Below the pieces are notes generated by a model, which did no database searches, had not been told where the DNA came from, and saw only the letters and a program-made list of their open reading frames with translations. This document shows, piece by piece, positions 10,293 to 20,974 of a DNA stretch of 47,235 nucleotides. Numbering within the stretch: position 1 is the stretch's first letter; each line of letters begins with the position of its first letter. The position numbers and the translations under genes were made by a program. The stretch spans positions 1 through 47,235 of the forward strand of contig JBBCKI010000025.1 in NCBI GenBank assembly GCA_037190965.1. Direction: 5' to 3'. Origin of the DNA: Chthoniobacteraceae bacterium. GTDB lineage: Bacteria; Verrucomicrobiota; Verrucomicrobiia; Chthoniobacterales; Chthoniobacteraceae.

Positions 10293-12815
10293 ATGCCTGC
10301 GCTGAAGCATCTTCTGATCGGCGCCCTTCTCGCCATTTCTGTGAAGGCTTCCGCCGCTGATCCGCTTTTCCCGTTCGTCATGCCGTGGGACGACGCCTCG
10401 GCCTCGCCCACCAATCTGAGCGCCCGGCTGGAGAAGCCCGCGGGAGGGCGAGGGTTTGTGGGAATCAAGGATGGGCGCCTTGCCATCAAAGGAAAGCGAG
10501 TCCGCTTTTTGGGCGTCAACCTCTGTTTCGGAGCGTGTTTTCCCACTCATGCCGACGCGGAAAAAGTGGCGGCGCGCATGGCGAAACTCGGGATCGGCTG
10601 CGTCCGGTTCCACCACATGGATACCCTGCACGCGCCCGAAGGGCTGCTCCGCGCCGACAGGCGGACGCTCGACCCTGCGATGCTCGACCGGCTCGACTAC
10701 TTCATCGCTGCTCTCAAGAAAAACGGGATCTACACCAACCTCAATCTCCACGTCGGCAGGATTTATCCCGGCATGCCCATCTGGCAGGGCATGCCGCAAT
10801 ACTTCAAGGGGGTGGATCAGTTCTTCCCGGCGATGATCGAGTCTCAAAAGGAGTTCGCCCGGGCGTTGTTGACCCACGTCAACCCCTACACCGGCAAGGC
10901 TTATTACGAAGAACCGGCCGTCGCCTTCGTGGAGATCAATAACGAAAACTCGCTCATCGGCCAGTGGTGGCAGGGAGGGCTGGACGCGCTGCCCGAACCA
11001 TATTCCGGCGAACTCCAGGGTCGTTGGTCACGTTGGCTGGAGTCGTTTGCAGGAACGGGCGAGAAAGTCCGCGCGCTTTTGCAGGAGAACCGCGAGCCGT
11101 TGGGAGAAGAGTTGCTGAAGACCGTCGATCGCGAAAAAGGCGACTGGGTTCTCGAGCAACACGGCGAGGCCAAGGCAGGCATGGCTGTCCGGTCCAACGC
11201 GGGATGGTCGGTCGATGTCAGCCGCCCGGGTACCGAAGCATGGCACGTACAGGTGAATCGCCCGGGATTGCGACTGCTCGCGGGAAAGCCGTACACGTTT
11301 ACCTTCGCGGCGCAGGCCTCAAAGGAGCGCCGGATCACGGTCACCCTTAGCCAGATCCGGGCCCCCTGGAATGTTCTCTGGACCACGCAGATCGAAGTGG
11401 GGCCGGAGCACAGGGATTACCGGCTTATCATCACTCCAGGGGCAAAAGACGAGGAGGCGCGCATCGGTTTCACCAATCTGGGGCAAGAAGCGGGACGATT
11501 TCTTTTCACGACGCCTTCGTTGCGGCAAGGAACCGCTCCGGCGATTTCCGGCGATGGGGAGCCGGTTCTGCTCCGCAAACGGGATTTCGCGGGCAACGGC
11601 CTGCCTTTGCAGCAGGCATGGATCCGTTTTCTTTGGGAACAGGAACGGACTTACTGGCAGGAGATGGCGCGTTTTCTCAAGAGCGACTTGAAAGTACGCA
11701 GCCTCCTGATCGGCACCCAGGCGGGGTTCAGTCCCCTCCCCCTCCAGGCGGAGTTGGATGTCGTCGATGTTCACGGGTATTGGCAGCACCCTGTTTTCCC
11801 CAAACAGGAGTGGGATTCCGTTCAATGGACCGTGCACAACATTTCGATGGCGGGGGCTCCCGGGGGCGGCGCGCTTGGCCCGATGGCGATGATGAGGCCT
11901 GCGGGAAAGCCGTTCATCTGCACGGAATACAGCCATCCTGCGCCCAACACTTATGGCACCGAGTCGTTACCCCTCCTCGCCGCGTATGCCGCGTTGCAGG
12001 ATTGGGACGCCGTGTTCGCTTTTGCCTACAGCCATCGCCGGGATGACTGGGATGCCCGGCGGTTTCCCGGTTTTTTCGACATCGACCAGCACCCGGTGAA
12101 ACTGGCGACTCTCCCTGCCGCGTTCAATCTCTTCTGCCGGGGCGATCTTCAACCGTCGGAATCGGGCTCCATCATCCCGATCTCCCCCGGGCAGGCGCTC
12201 GAAGCGGTCCGCCTTGCCGGGCCCGCACTCTCCGCTGAAACTTTTGGGGTCAATCGCGAGGATCGTTTTCTGAACCGCGTCTCCGTCACGTTCGACGGCC
12301 AGACCGCGGCCCCTGCCGCCAAGGGAGACAAGAGGGACCCCATCGGGTGGGAATCCGGGACGCCGGATCAATCCGGAGTGGTCACAATCGACACCGCCAA
12401 AACCAAGGGAGTGATCGGTCGCGGCACGGGACGCAAGTTTACCCTGGGCGACGTTTCGATCACCCCGGGGCCGGCGCTTCAGGATTGGTCGGTCATCCTG
12501 GTGACGGAGCTCGACCGCACGACGAGATCACGAAAAGCGCCGAAGCGCTTCCTGGTCACGGCCACAGGCACCAGCGAAAACACCGGAATGGGCTGGAAGA
12601 ACCGCGCCCGCTCCACGGTGGGCAAGGATTGGGGCACCGCGCCGTCGCTGGTCGAAGGAATCTCGACCACGGTGGGTTTTACTTCGGCAAAGTCGATCCG
12701 CGCCTGGGCTCTGGATGAGCGGGGGCAGCGAGGCGCTGAGGTGCCGACGCAAAAGAATTCCATGACAATCGGCCCGGAGCATCGGACGCTCTGGTATGAA
12801 GTCGAGGTCCCGTAA
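10293..12815 (+). CDS. Secreted GH-A clan (GH5-like) glycoside hydrolase with inserted CBM4/9-like module
   Basis: Signal peptide; RFLGVN, RFHHMD, EINNEN (acid/base), DVHGYW, CTEY (nucleophile); WHVQV..L..GKPYTFTFAAQAS CBM-like segment. Confidence 0.75.
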   Translation: MPALKHLLIGALLAISVKASAADPLFPFVMPWDDASASPTNLSARLEKPAGGRGFVGIKDGRLAIKGKRVRFLGVNLCFGACFPTHADAEKVAARMAKLGIGCVRFHHMDTLHAPEGLLRADRRTLDPAMLDRLDYFIAALKKNGIYTNLNLHVGRIYPGMPIWQGMPQYFKGVDQFFPAMIESQKEFARALLTHVNPYTGKAYYEEPAVAFVEINNENSLIGQWWQGGLDALPEPYSGELQGRWSRWLESFAGTGEKVRALLQENREPLGEELLKTVDREKGDWVLEQHGEAKAGMAVRSNAGWSVDVSRPGTEAWHVQVNRPGLRLLAGKPYTFTFAAQASKERRITVTLSQIRAPWNVLWTTQIEVGPEHRDYRLIITPGAKDEEARIGFTNLGQEAGRFLFTTPSLRQGTAPAISGDGEPVLLRKRDFAGNGLPLQQAWIRFLWEQERTYWQEMARFLKSDLKVRSLLIGTQAGFSPLPLQAELDVVDVHGYWQHPVFPKQEWDSVQWTVHNISMAGAPGGGALGPMAMMRPAGKPFICTEYSHPAPNTYGTESLPLLAAYAALQDWDAVFAFAYSHRRDDWDARRFPGFFDIDQHPVKLATLPAAFNLFCRGDLQPSESGSIIPISPGQALEAVRLAGPALSAETFGVNREDRFLNRVSVTFDGQTAAPAAKGDKRDPIGWESGTPDQSGVVTIDTAKTKGVIGRGTGRKFTLGDVSITPGPALQDWSVILVTELDRTTRSRKAPKRFLVTATGTSENTGMGWKNRARSTVGKDWGTAPSLVEGISTTVGFTSAKSIRAWALDERGQRGAEVPTQKNSMTIGPEHRTLWYEVEVP

Positions 12816-12876
12816 ACCGGATACTTCGCTGAAATCTCCCACGAGCGGAGAAGCTTCTCCACGCGTTTCTTCACGG

Positions 12877-13098
12877 ATGACCTCCGAACTTGAATCATTG
12901 GCGATCCGCATGCGGGCGGGAATCCAGCGGCAGGGCCGCTATCTTGTCACCGCCCCCTCCGAGATGGCGCAATTGGGCAACCTCGGCCATGCTCTGGAGT
13001 TCGCCCGGCGCAACGGCTGGATGCTCGTCTGCCATCTCGGCGGGGAAAACTACGAGTTTTTCGAAGCAACCCGCTCGCGCCATCAGGAGTTGTTTTAG
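12877..13098 (+). CDS. Small hypothetical protein (73 aa)
   Basis: ATG-started ORF filling the gap, globular-looking composition; no recognised motif. Confidence 0.5.
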   Translation: MTSELESLAIRMRAGIQRQGRYLVTAPSEMAQLGNLGHALEFARRNGWMLVCHLGGENYEFFEATRSRHQELF

Positions 13099-13263
13099 AA
13101 ATGGTGCGGCAGCACCGGGAGCCCGCTCGCGCCGTCGAGCGCTGGTATCGGCTCCCGTAAATTTATCAAGGCCGCCTCCCACTCCCAACGGCCCGTCCTG
13201 CGGGGATGGGCGTCAAACGCGACTCTCCACCCATCCCGCGCTCGACGGCGCGAGCGGGCAACC
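13099..13263. repeat. REPIN-like element, family A copy 1
   Basis: Inverted arms GGGAGCCCGCTCGCGCCGTCGAGCGC (13117-13142) and GCGCTCGACGGCGCGAGCGGGCAACC (13238-13263); homologous to the 33179 and 38265 copies. Confidence 0.85.
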
Positions 13264-13283
13264 TTTTTTTGTCGCGCACCCGG

Positions 13284-13318
13284 AAACAAAAGACCGCGCT
13301 TTCGCGCGGCCTTTGTTT
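13284..13318 (-). terminator. Intrinsic terminator of the mre/rne operon (possibly bidirectional)
   Basis: On the minus strand GGCCGCGC-GAAA-GCGCGGTC then TTTTGTTT, just after the RNase stop. Confidence 0.7.
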
Positions 13319-13330
13319 GATCGAATCTCT

Positions 13331-14899
13331 TTACGGCTTCATCTCCGACCCGGAAACCGCATCGACGATCATGAACTGTTCGTGATGGTAGGTAGGGTCT
13401 GATTTGAAGGTCAGGCGGCAGGCGTAGCGGCGCTCGATCTCGATGAGAAGCTCCTCGTCCTCCGCCCGGAGACGCGTGAGCAGATGCGGGCTCACCGTGA
13501 CCTTGAATTCGTGCAGATCCGGGTTCTTCCGCATGACCTGATGCAGCGACCGCTGCAACTCCACGCTCATGGTGGTGGAGCTCTTCACGGTGCCGCGCCC
13601 ATGGCAATACGGGCAGTTCTCGTAAATGGAGCCGCTCAAGCTCTCCTGAGCGCGCTGGCGCGTCATCTCCATCAGGCCGAGCGTGGAGATCGGCAGCACA
13701 TGCGTCTTCGCCTTGTCGCGCTTGAGGCGTTCCTTCATGCGGCTATAGACAGCCTGCTGATCCTTGCGGCTCTTCATGTCGATGAAGTCGCCGATGATCA
13801 ACCCGCCGATGTTCCGCAACCGGAGCTGCCGGGAAATCTCGTCCACGGCCTCCAGGTTGGTTTGCAGGATGGTCTTCTCGATATCCTTCGCGCCCTTGTT
13901 GCGGCCCGTGTTGACGTCGATGGCGATGAGCGCCTCGGTCTCGTCGATCACGATATAGCCGCCGCACGGCAGCCAGACCTGCCGGTGGAAGGCGTCGTCG
14001 ATCTGTTTCTGAATGCCGAATTTCTCGAAAATCGGCGTCGTCTCGCTGTAATACTGAAGGCGATTCTTGGAGCGACGGGAGATCTGGCCGACCGATTCCG
14101 CCATTTGCTTGACGGCCTCTTCGTCATCGCAGATCACGGCGTCGATTTCGTCGGTCAGGAAGTCGCGCACCGTCCGCTCGATCAGATCGGGCTCCTGGAA
14201 GACGCAGTTTGGCGCGGGCTTCACTTTCACCGCCTCCTCGATCTTGCGCCATTGCTCGACGAGCAGGCTCAAGTCGCGAATGAAATACCGCTCCCGCTGG
14301 CCTTCGCCGACGGTGCGGACGATGACGCCCATCCCTTCCGGGATTTCGAGCTTCTTGAGAATCTTGCGAAGCCGCTCGCGCTCCTTGGGCTCATCGATCT
14401 TGCGGGAAATCCCGCACTGATCGCTGTAGGGCATGAGCACTAGGTAGCGGCCCGCGAGCGAAATATTCGTGGTGATGCGGGGGCCTTTGTTGGAGATCGG
14501 CCCTTTGGTCACCTGCACGAGCACTTCCGAACCGACCGGGTAGATCTTCGGAATATCGGCAGAGGTGATCTTCTTCTGGTTCTTCCTTTCGTTCTTGCGT
14601 TCGACCTCCTCGACACCGCTGTCGAGGGCCGCCGGGATGGCGTCCCAAAAGTGCAGGAACGCGTTCTTGTCAAAGCCGATGTCCACGAACATCGCCTTGA
14701 GGCCGTGCTCAATATTTTTGACGCGGCCCTTGAAGATGCTGCCGACAATGTTCCGTTCCGTGGTCCGTTCGATGGAGTATTCTTCGAGCTGCCCGTTTTC
14801 GAGCAACGCGACGCGGCGCTCCAGCCGCTCGCAATTGATAATGATTTTATTGCCTGTCTCGCGGCGTAGCCCGAGCATGCGTTTGACTTTGTCAATCAT
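13331..14899 (-). CDS. Rne/Rng family ribonuclease (RNase G-length); alternative GTG start at 14935
   Basis: S1 domain GSIFKGRVKNI..AMFVDIG; AIDVNTG; TNLEA; LRLRNIGGLIIGDFIDM; CPYCHGRG zinc link. Confidence 0.95.
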   Translation of the reverse strand: MIDKVKRMLGLRRETGNKIIINCERLERRVALLENGQLEEYSIERTTERNIVGSIFKGRVKNIEHGLKAMFVDIGFDKNAFLHFWDAIPAALDSGVEEVERKNERKNQKKITSADIPKIYPVGSEVLVQVTKGPISNKGPRITTNISLAGRYLVLMPYSDQCGISRKIDEPKERERLRKILKKLEIPEGMGVIVRTVGEGQRERYFIRDLSLLVEQWRKIEEAVKVKPAPNCVFQEPDLIERTVRDFLTDEIDAVICDDEEAVKQMAESVGQISRRSKNRLQYYSETTPIFEKFGIQKQIDDAFHRQVWLPCGGYIVIDETEALIAIDVNTGRNKGAKDIEKTILQTNLEAVDEISRQLRLRNIGGLIIGDFIDMKSRKDQQAVYSRMKERLKRDKAKTHVLPISTLGLMEMTRQRAQESLSGSIYENCPYCHGRGTVKSSTTMSVELQRSLHQVMRKNPDLHEFKVTVSPHLLTRLRAEDEELLIEIERRYACRLTFKSDPTYHHEQFMIVDAVSGSEMKP

Positions 14900-14968
14900 G
14901 AAGGTGGTTGTCTTTAAAAATGTACTTACTGACACAGGGTTTAGGCGTTTTAAAAAACGTTACAGGGG

Positions 14969-17290
14969 TTAGGGCCGTACCCGCCGAGGCGGAGGCTCCT
15001 GGTTGGATTTTCGATCTGACCGAAAGAGGCGTTGGAAAATATTTCTTCTGGGCTCCTCAACTTGCTGACGGCGTGGCTGGCCCCGGCGATCCGGCTCGGC
15101 TCGTTCGACCCTTTGGGGTTCCGGTTTACGAGTCGCTTTCTTGACCTTGCCGCGCTCGTCGGCTCCCTCGTTGATATCAGGGCGGGCGGCGCTACCGCCT
15201 CCCATTTGAAGTTCCGAAGGGGCCGTTTGCACGCTGTCGGATTCGTCCTCATTGACGACCAGCAGCCCGGTGTCTTTGTAATCGGGAAGGGCTTCGATGG
15301 GAGCAAACGGCCGCGAACCGCGTGCCGGGGCGAGCGGTTTTACGTCGACCTTGAGCGTCCCCTGGTCGAGCGCCAGGCATTGCTCCAGGATGTGCGAGGC
15401 GATCGGAGCGGCCACGCTGCCCCCGTGCTCGCCCCCCTGCACCATGACGGCGATGGCATACCGGGGGTTGTCATAAGGCGCAAAGCTGCAGAACCAGGCG
15501 ATATGCTCTCTCTTGCCCCGGTCGCTGGCCTGGGCCGTGCCGGTCTTGCCCGCCACGACGGTTCCCTTTACACGCCCCTTGGAGCCGGTGCCGTTGCCCC
15601 CCGGGCCGCCCGACTGGTTGACGACCTTCCAGAGCCCGCGCCGAAGCTCCTCAATCTGCTCCGGATTAAGCTCTCCGTGCAGGTCACCGCGCACAATCGG
15701 CTCGTCGGGAACCGCGATGTGCCCTTCCTCATCCAGGACAGGGGTGCCATCGGCGTTGAGCACCGTTTTGACGAGGCGAGGTTCGTACGCGGTGCCGCCG
15801 TTGGCGACCATCGCGTAGGCTGCCGCCATCTGAAGCGGACTGGCAAGCACGGAGCCCTGCCCGATGGCCGTGTTGGCGGTGTAAGCGCTCGTCCATCTCA
15901 CGTTGGGGTAACGCGCCCTCATCCACTCCGGCCCAGGCATGATGCCGGCTTTCTCGTCGGTGAGCCCGAGGTGTTCGTACCGGCGTCCCATCCCGAGCAT
16001 CGCGCCGACCCGCTCCATCGTGTCGCCTCCGGCGTCGTTGCCGTATTGGTAAAAGAAGGAGTTGCAGGAGACCTTCATCGCGTCGGAAAGCCCCAGCATG
16101 CCGTGCTGCCCATGTTTTTCGGAAATCCAGCAGCGGAAATAGTGATCGCCGTACTGAATACCGCCCGGGCAGTTGAACTTTTTCATGCCGATCCCTTTCG
16201 TCAGCCCCGCAATGGCCGTGACGATCTTGAAAGTGGAACCTGGCGGGAAGCCGCTCACCGCCCGGTTGACGAGCGGGACCGCCTCGTCCTTCATCAGTTT
16301 GTTCCAGTCCGCAACGGAGATGCTCGGGATGAAGGCATTCGGATCGAAGGAGGGGACCGACGCCATGGCGAGAATATCGCCGTTATTGGGATCGAGCACT
16401 ACCGCGGCAGCCCGCCCGAGAGTCGGGTGCCGCAAGGCTAACTCGACGATGTATTGAATCCTCGCGTCGAGGGTCAGATAAACGTTGGCTCCGGCCTTCG
16501 GCGGCTCCACGCGAACCTCCCGGTCGAGCATGTTCTTGGCATTCCGGCGCAAAACGCGAACCCCCGGTGTTCCCCGGAGGTACTTGTCCATCGCCTGCTC
16601 GATCTGGTTTTTGCCTTCGACGTTGGGCTGGTAATAGTTGAAATTCTTGACGTCGGGCTGCTGGTCGATCTGCCTCGGCATCCCGACATACCCGAGGATA
16701 TGCGCTGCGAAGGAGCCGTAGAGATACTGCCGCACCGGCTTGACGTTGATGTCCACCCCGGGAAGGCCCACGTCATGTTCGGAAAACTTCGCAATCGTGG
16801 GAAAATCGATATCCTCGATGTAGGTGAACGGGACCAGTCCGTTCGTATCGTAATGTTTTTTGAGCCGCTTCGCGTTGTAATCGCGGGCGAGGTCGAGATC
16901 CTGGAGCCGGGGAATCACCCCGTCGTTGACGATCTTGATGATGTCGTCGACATCGACATCCCGCTTCATACCGTGAATTGGGCGCTCTTCGGTCAGCCGG
17001 GGAAGTTTTCCGTTCCGCTGGCGATAACCGCTCACCATGTCCGGAAGATAAAAATCGACGTTATAGCTGGCCCGGTTCTGCACCAGGGGGAGGCCGTTGC
17101 GGTCGCGGATCTCCCCGCGTACGGAGGGGATGCGAACCGTCACGTGTGAATCCGAACCGACGCGTTTCGCATAAATCTCCCCGCGCATGACCTGAAGCAC
17201 CCAAAGCCGGAGCACAATGGCCGCCAAGCCCAGGATCATGAGCACTCCTAGGAGAAAAAGACGAAAATCCGAGCGGGAAACCCTAGGCAT
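14969..17290 (-). CDS. mrdA: Penicillin-binding protein 2
   Basis: N-terminal TM, RGEIRDRNG, GSTFK (SxxK), SCN (SxN), KTGT; follows mreBCD. Confidence 0.92.
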   Translation of the reverse strand: MPRVSRSDFRLFLLGVLMILGLAAIVLRLWVLQVMRGEIYAKRVGSDSHVTVRIPSVRGEIRDRNGLPLVQNRASYNVDFYLPDMVSGYRQRNGKLPRLTEERPIHGMKRDVDVDDIIKIVNDGVIPRLQDLDLARDYNAKRLKKHYDTNGLVPFTYIEDIDFPTIAKFSEHDVGLPGVDINVKPVRQYLYGSFAAHILGYVGMPRQIDQQPDVKNFNYYQPNVEGKNQIEQAMDKYLRGTPGVRVLRRNAKNMLDREVRVEPPKAGANVYLTLDARIQYIVELALRHPTLGRAAAVVLDPNNGDILAMASVPSFDPNAFIPSISVADWNKLMKDEAVPLVNRAVSGFPPGSTFKIVTAIAGLTKGIGMKKFNCPGGIQYGDHYFRCWISEKHGQHGMLGLSDAMKVSCNSFFYQYGNDAGGDTMERVGAMLGMGRRYEHLGLTDEKAGIMPGPEWMRARYPNVRWTSAYTANTAIGQGSVLASPLQMAAAYAMVANGGTAYEPRLVKTVLNADGTPVLDEEGHIAVPDEPIVRGDLHGELNPEQIEELRRGLWKVVNQSGGPGGNGTGSKGRVKGTVVAGKTGTAQASDRGKREHIAWFCSFAPYDNPRYAIAVMVQGGEHGGSVAAPIASHILEQCLALDQGTLKVDVKPLAPARGSRPFAPIEALPDYKDTGLLVVNEDESDSVQTAPSELQMGGGSAARPDINEGADERGKVKKATRKPEPQRVERAEPDRRGQPRRQQVEEPRRNIFQRLFRSDRKSNQEPPPRRVRP

Positions 17291-17877
17291 CAGGAGTCCT
17301 CCTCTTTAACGGCTGCGCGCGGGTTATAACCAACCAGATCCGCCAGGGTACTGAGGATCCAGAAAGCAATCGGAGCGAGAAACAACGCGATGAGTCCCGC
17401 GCCGCCGATACGCCACCCAATCTCCGGCGTAAAAACAAAGGCGGAGTGATCGAGCGCGGCGCGACGGACGGAGAGCATCAAAAACTCCGCCAAAACGATC
17501 AAGGAAGTGCAAACGCCGCTCATCAGACAATGGATCTCCCACCGCCCCCGCTTGAACAACGGCCTAAACCCGCTCATCACCGAGCCGAGGGTGGCATAAA
17601 CCAGTATCGACCAGCCAAGCGCGATTTCAACCGTGGAGGTCATCATCCCGGCCACCTTGATATCGAGAATCTGGGCCGACATCGCGTCCCACATCAGACC
17701 GCAGCCAAACGCAAGGGCCAGCATCAGCCCGTAGGGAAGGGCCAGCGCCCCGTAGAAAAGAACCAGCGGCATCAGGAAAACCCGCGCGTGGTGCAGGAAC
17801 TCAAGGGGCGGGATGAACTGCTGGATCACCAGCGAAACAAATGAAACCGCCAGAAGGACGAAGAAAAACGCGATCAT
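17290..17877 (-). CDS. mreD: MreD-like membrane protein
   Basis: About 5 TM helices, positioned between mreC and mrdA with overlapping stop/start. Confidence 0.7.
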   Translation of the reverse strand: MIAFFFVLLAVSFVSLVIQQFIPPLEFLHHARVFLMPLVLFYGALALPYGLMLALAFGCGLMWDAMSAQILDIKVAGMMTSTVEIALGWSILVYATLGSVMSGFRPLFKRGRWEIHCLMSGVCTSLIVLAEFLMLSVRRAALDHSAFVFTPEIGWRIGGAGLIALFLAPIAFWILSTLADLVGYNPRAAVKEEDS

Positions 17878-18677
17878 TTGTTGCCTAGTACCACGAACAC
17901 ATCTTCCAGCGTCGTCAGGTCCACGGCAGGCACTATCGTTGCGTAGCTGTCGAGTTCGCGAACTTTGAACTCTTTGACCGCACCGATAAAGACGCCGGAC
18001 GGATACACTCCGCCCACACCTGATGTATAAATTTTCTGGCCGGGCTGCAAATTGGCCATCTTGGAGAGAACGCGCATCCCGATCAATGGGATTCCCGAGG
18101 TGGAGATCCGCTCGCCGCTCGCGATGCCCTGCTCGCGCGTTCCTTCAATGCTGGCCGCCGCCTTGCAGTTTTCGTCCGAAATCAACAGAACCGTCGACAT
18201 ATTGCGGGCCACCGTGGTCGTTTTGCCCACGAGGCCGTCCTCCGTCAGCACCGGCATATCGCTCTCGATGCCATCCTCAAACCCCCGGTCGATCCGCACC
18301 GTATTCCACCAGGTGGAGGAATCCCGGGCGATGATCCGGGCGGGAACGAGACGAAATACCGCCCGCTCCCGGTACTTCAAAGCCCGGCGGAGCCGATTAT
18401 TTTCCGACTCCAGGTCGCGCAACGTGGAGTTGACGGCTTGAAGCTCCTTGTTCCGAACGAAGAGCTGCTTGTTCTCCGTCTCCAATTGGTTGAGCGTCTT
18501 GAGCCCGCCCCGCACGGCGGTGATCTTCTTTTCGAGTTCCGACCCCGTTTTAAGAAACGGCGAGATGATCCCGAGGAAGGTCGATTGCACCTTCTGGGTC
18601 CCTCCCGGGCCCAGGGCAAACAGCCCGCCCACGGCGACGATAAAGACCACGAGCGCGAGGATGTTGAAGCGCTTCAT
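17874..18677 (-). CDS. mreC: Rod shape-determining protein MreC
   Basis: TM + coiled coil (ENNRLRRAL), IDRG..DGI..MPV..GLVGK, YTSGVGGVYPSG. Confidence 0.93.
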   Translation of the reverse strand: MKRFNILALVVFIVAVGGLFALGPGGTQKVQSTFLGIISPFLKTGSELEKKITAVRGGLKTLNQLETENKQLFVRNKELQAVNSTLRDLESENNRLRRALKYRERAVFRLVPARIIARDSSTWWNTVRIDRGFEDGIESDMPVLTEDGLVGKTTTVARNMSTVLLISDENCKAAASIEGTREQGIASGERISTSGIPLIGMRVLSKMANLQPGQKIYTSGVGGVYPSGVFIGAVKEFKVRELDSYATIVPAVDLTTLEDVFVVLGNK

Positions 18678-18731
18678 CGTGTCGTCGTCGGCAAACGGTT
18701 TGGATGGGCAGGCAACAAGGGTACTAGATCA

Positions 18732-19778
<1,047 letters not shown>

Positions 19779-20004
19779 TCAGAAATCCTTGTTCTAATTG
19801 GTTTGAAAATTAATGGAAAAAATTGTGTCGAAACTTGCCGGGCGCTGACATCAGCGCCTCCGGGGATGCCGCGAAGATCATGCATCGCCAAAAAAATTAG
19901 CGCGCCGGGGTATTCGAAGCATTTGTTTCTAGGGAAAGGGGGCTCTCAGCGTCAAGGTAAACTCGGGAGCTTGCCTCATCTGTCAACGGTTGGATCCAGC
20001 GAAA

Positions 20005-20167
20005 GGGAATCGCTGATTAAATGGAGCATGACGAAGGCGCAGGCAGTTTGGATGGATCTTCAAGCCGATTTTCCGCAGCCTGTCTGAAGACAGGCGAGGA
20101 CAAATCGGGTTGGAAAGACGCCAAAATGACCAGCTTGCGGCATAGCTCGCTTTAATCAGTGGTTCCC
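20005..20167 (+). ncRNA. Candidate structured ncRNA (~163-nt irregular rod)
   Basis: Nested complementary segments from both ends up to an apical GCCTGTC-TGAA-GACAGGC hairpin; G-U wobbles on the + strand; intergenic. Confidence 0.55.
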
Positions 20168-20203
20168 AAAGGGAAATCAGGGAATAGTATTGAGGAGGGG
20201 AGA

Positions 20204-20974
20204 TCATGCGGTGTGTGTCGCAGCTTCGATGCCAGACACGGGCGTTTCGACAATAACCGCTTCTTTTTCTTCCTCGCCCACCGCCCGCTCAGGATAATCG
20301 GTGAAAACGCCATCGACTCCCATTTTCCGCAGCCGCGCGATCTCTTCGGGCTCGTTCACGGTGAAAACAAACACCCGCAACCCAATGGCGTGCGCCCGGG
20401 CGACCAGCCCGGCGCTGACGAGCCGCCTCGGGAGATGAAGCGAAGCCGCCTCCAACCGGGCCGCCAGCCTCGCGAGGCTCAACGGCCTGCGGGCCAGAAG
20501 AATCCCCACTCCCATCGGAACATTGCCGCCCGCGCACTGGATCATCGTCTTTAGCTCCCGATGGTCGAAGGAGGAGACAACGATATCGCGATAATTCCAG
20601 CCCCCCTGCCCCACAGCCCACTCGCTCTCCCGGAGGACGGCGGCTCCCGTGCCACGCGCCTTAAGCTCGATGTTGAGCCAGGCACGCCCCGCGACGAGTT
20701 CGAAGACTTCCCGCAAGGTCGGGATCTTCTCGCCTCCGCCCGCGTCGAGTTGCCTCAATTCCGCCAAGGTCCGGCCTGCGATGGTTCCCGAGGTTCCCGT
20801 GATTCGCCTTAGCCTGGAATCGTGAAAGACCACCAATTCACCGTCGAGGGAAAGCCTCACGTCGATCTCGATGCCGTTTGCGCCCAGCTCAAGGGCGCGC
20901 CGGATGGATCGAAGGGTATTTTCAGGCTCGTGCCCGGAGGCGCCGCGATGACCGATGCGGAGGAAGGGAGACAT
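20204..20974 (-). CDS. Glycerophosphodiester phosphodiesterase family protein
   Basis: IGHRGASG..PENTL, IEIDV, VFHD, IELK, FTVN, GVDGVFTDYP. Confidence 0.95.
   Translation of the reverse strand: MSPFLRIGHRGASGHEPENTLRSIRRALELGANGIEIDVRLSLDGELVVFHDSRLRRITGTSGTIAGRTLAELRQLDAGGGEKIPTLREVFELVAGRAWLNIELKARGTGAAVLRESEWAVGQGGWNYRDIVVSSFDHRELKTMIQCAGGNVPMGVGILLARRPLSLARLAARLEAASLHLPRRLVSAGLVARAHAIGLRVFVFTVNEPEEIARLRKMGVDGVFTDYPERAVGEEEKEAVIVETPVSGIEAATHTA

Noticed and set aside
19803..20207. Short ORFs (94 aa and 74 aa) in the mreB-GDPD gap
   Set aside because: Atypical composition and weak starts; the region is better explained by promoters and the RNA fold-back
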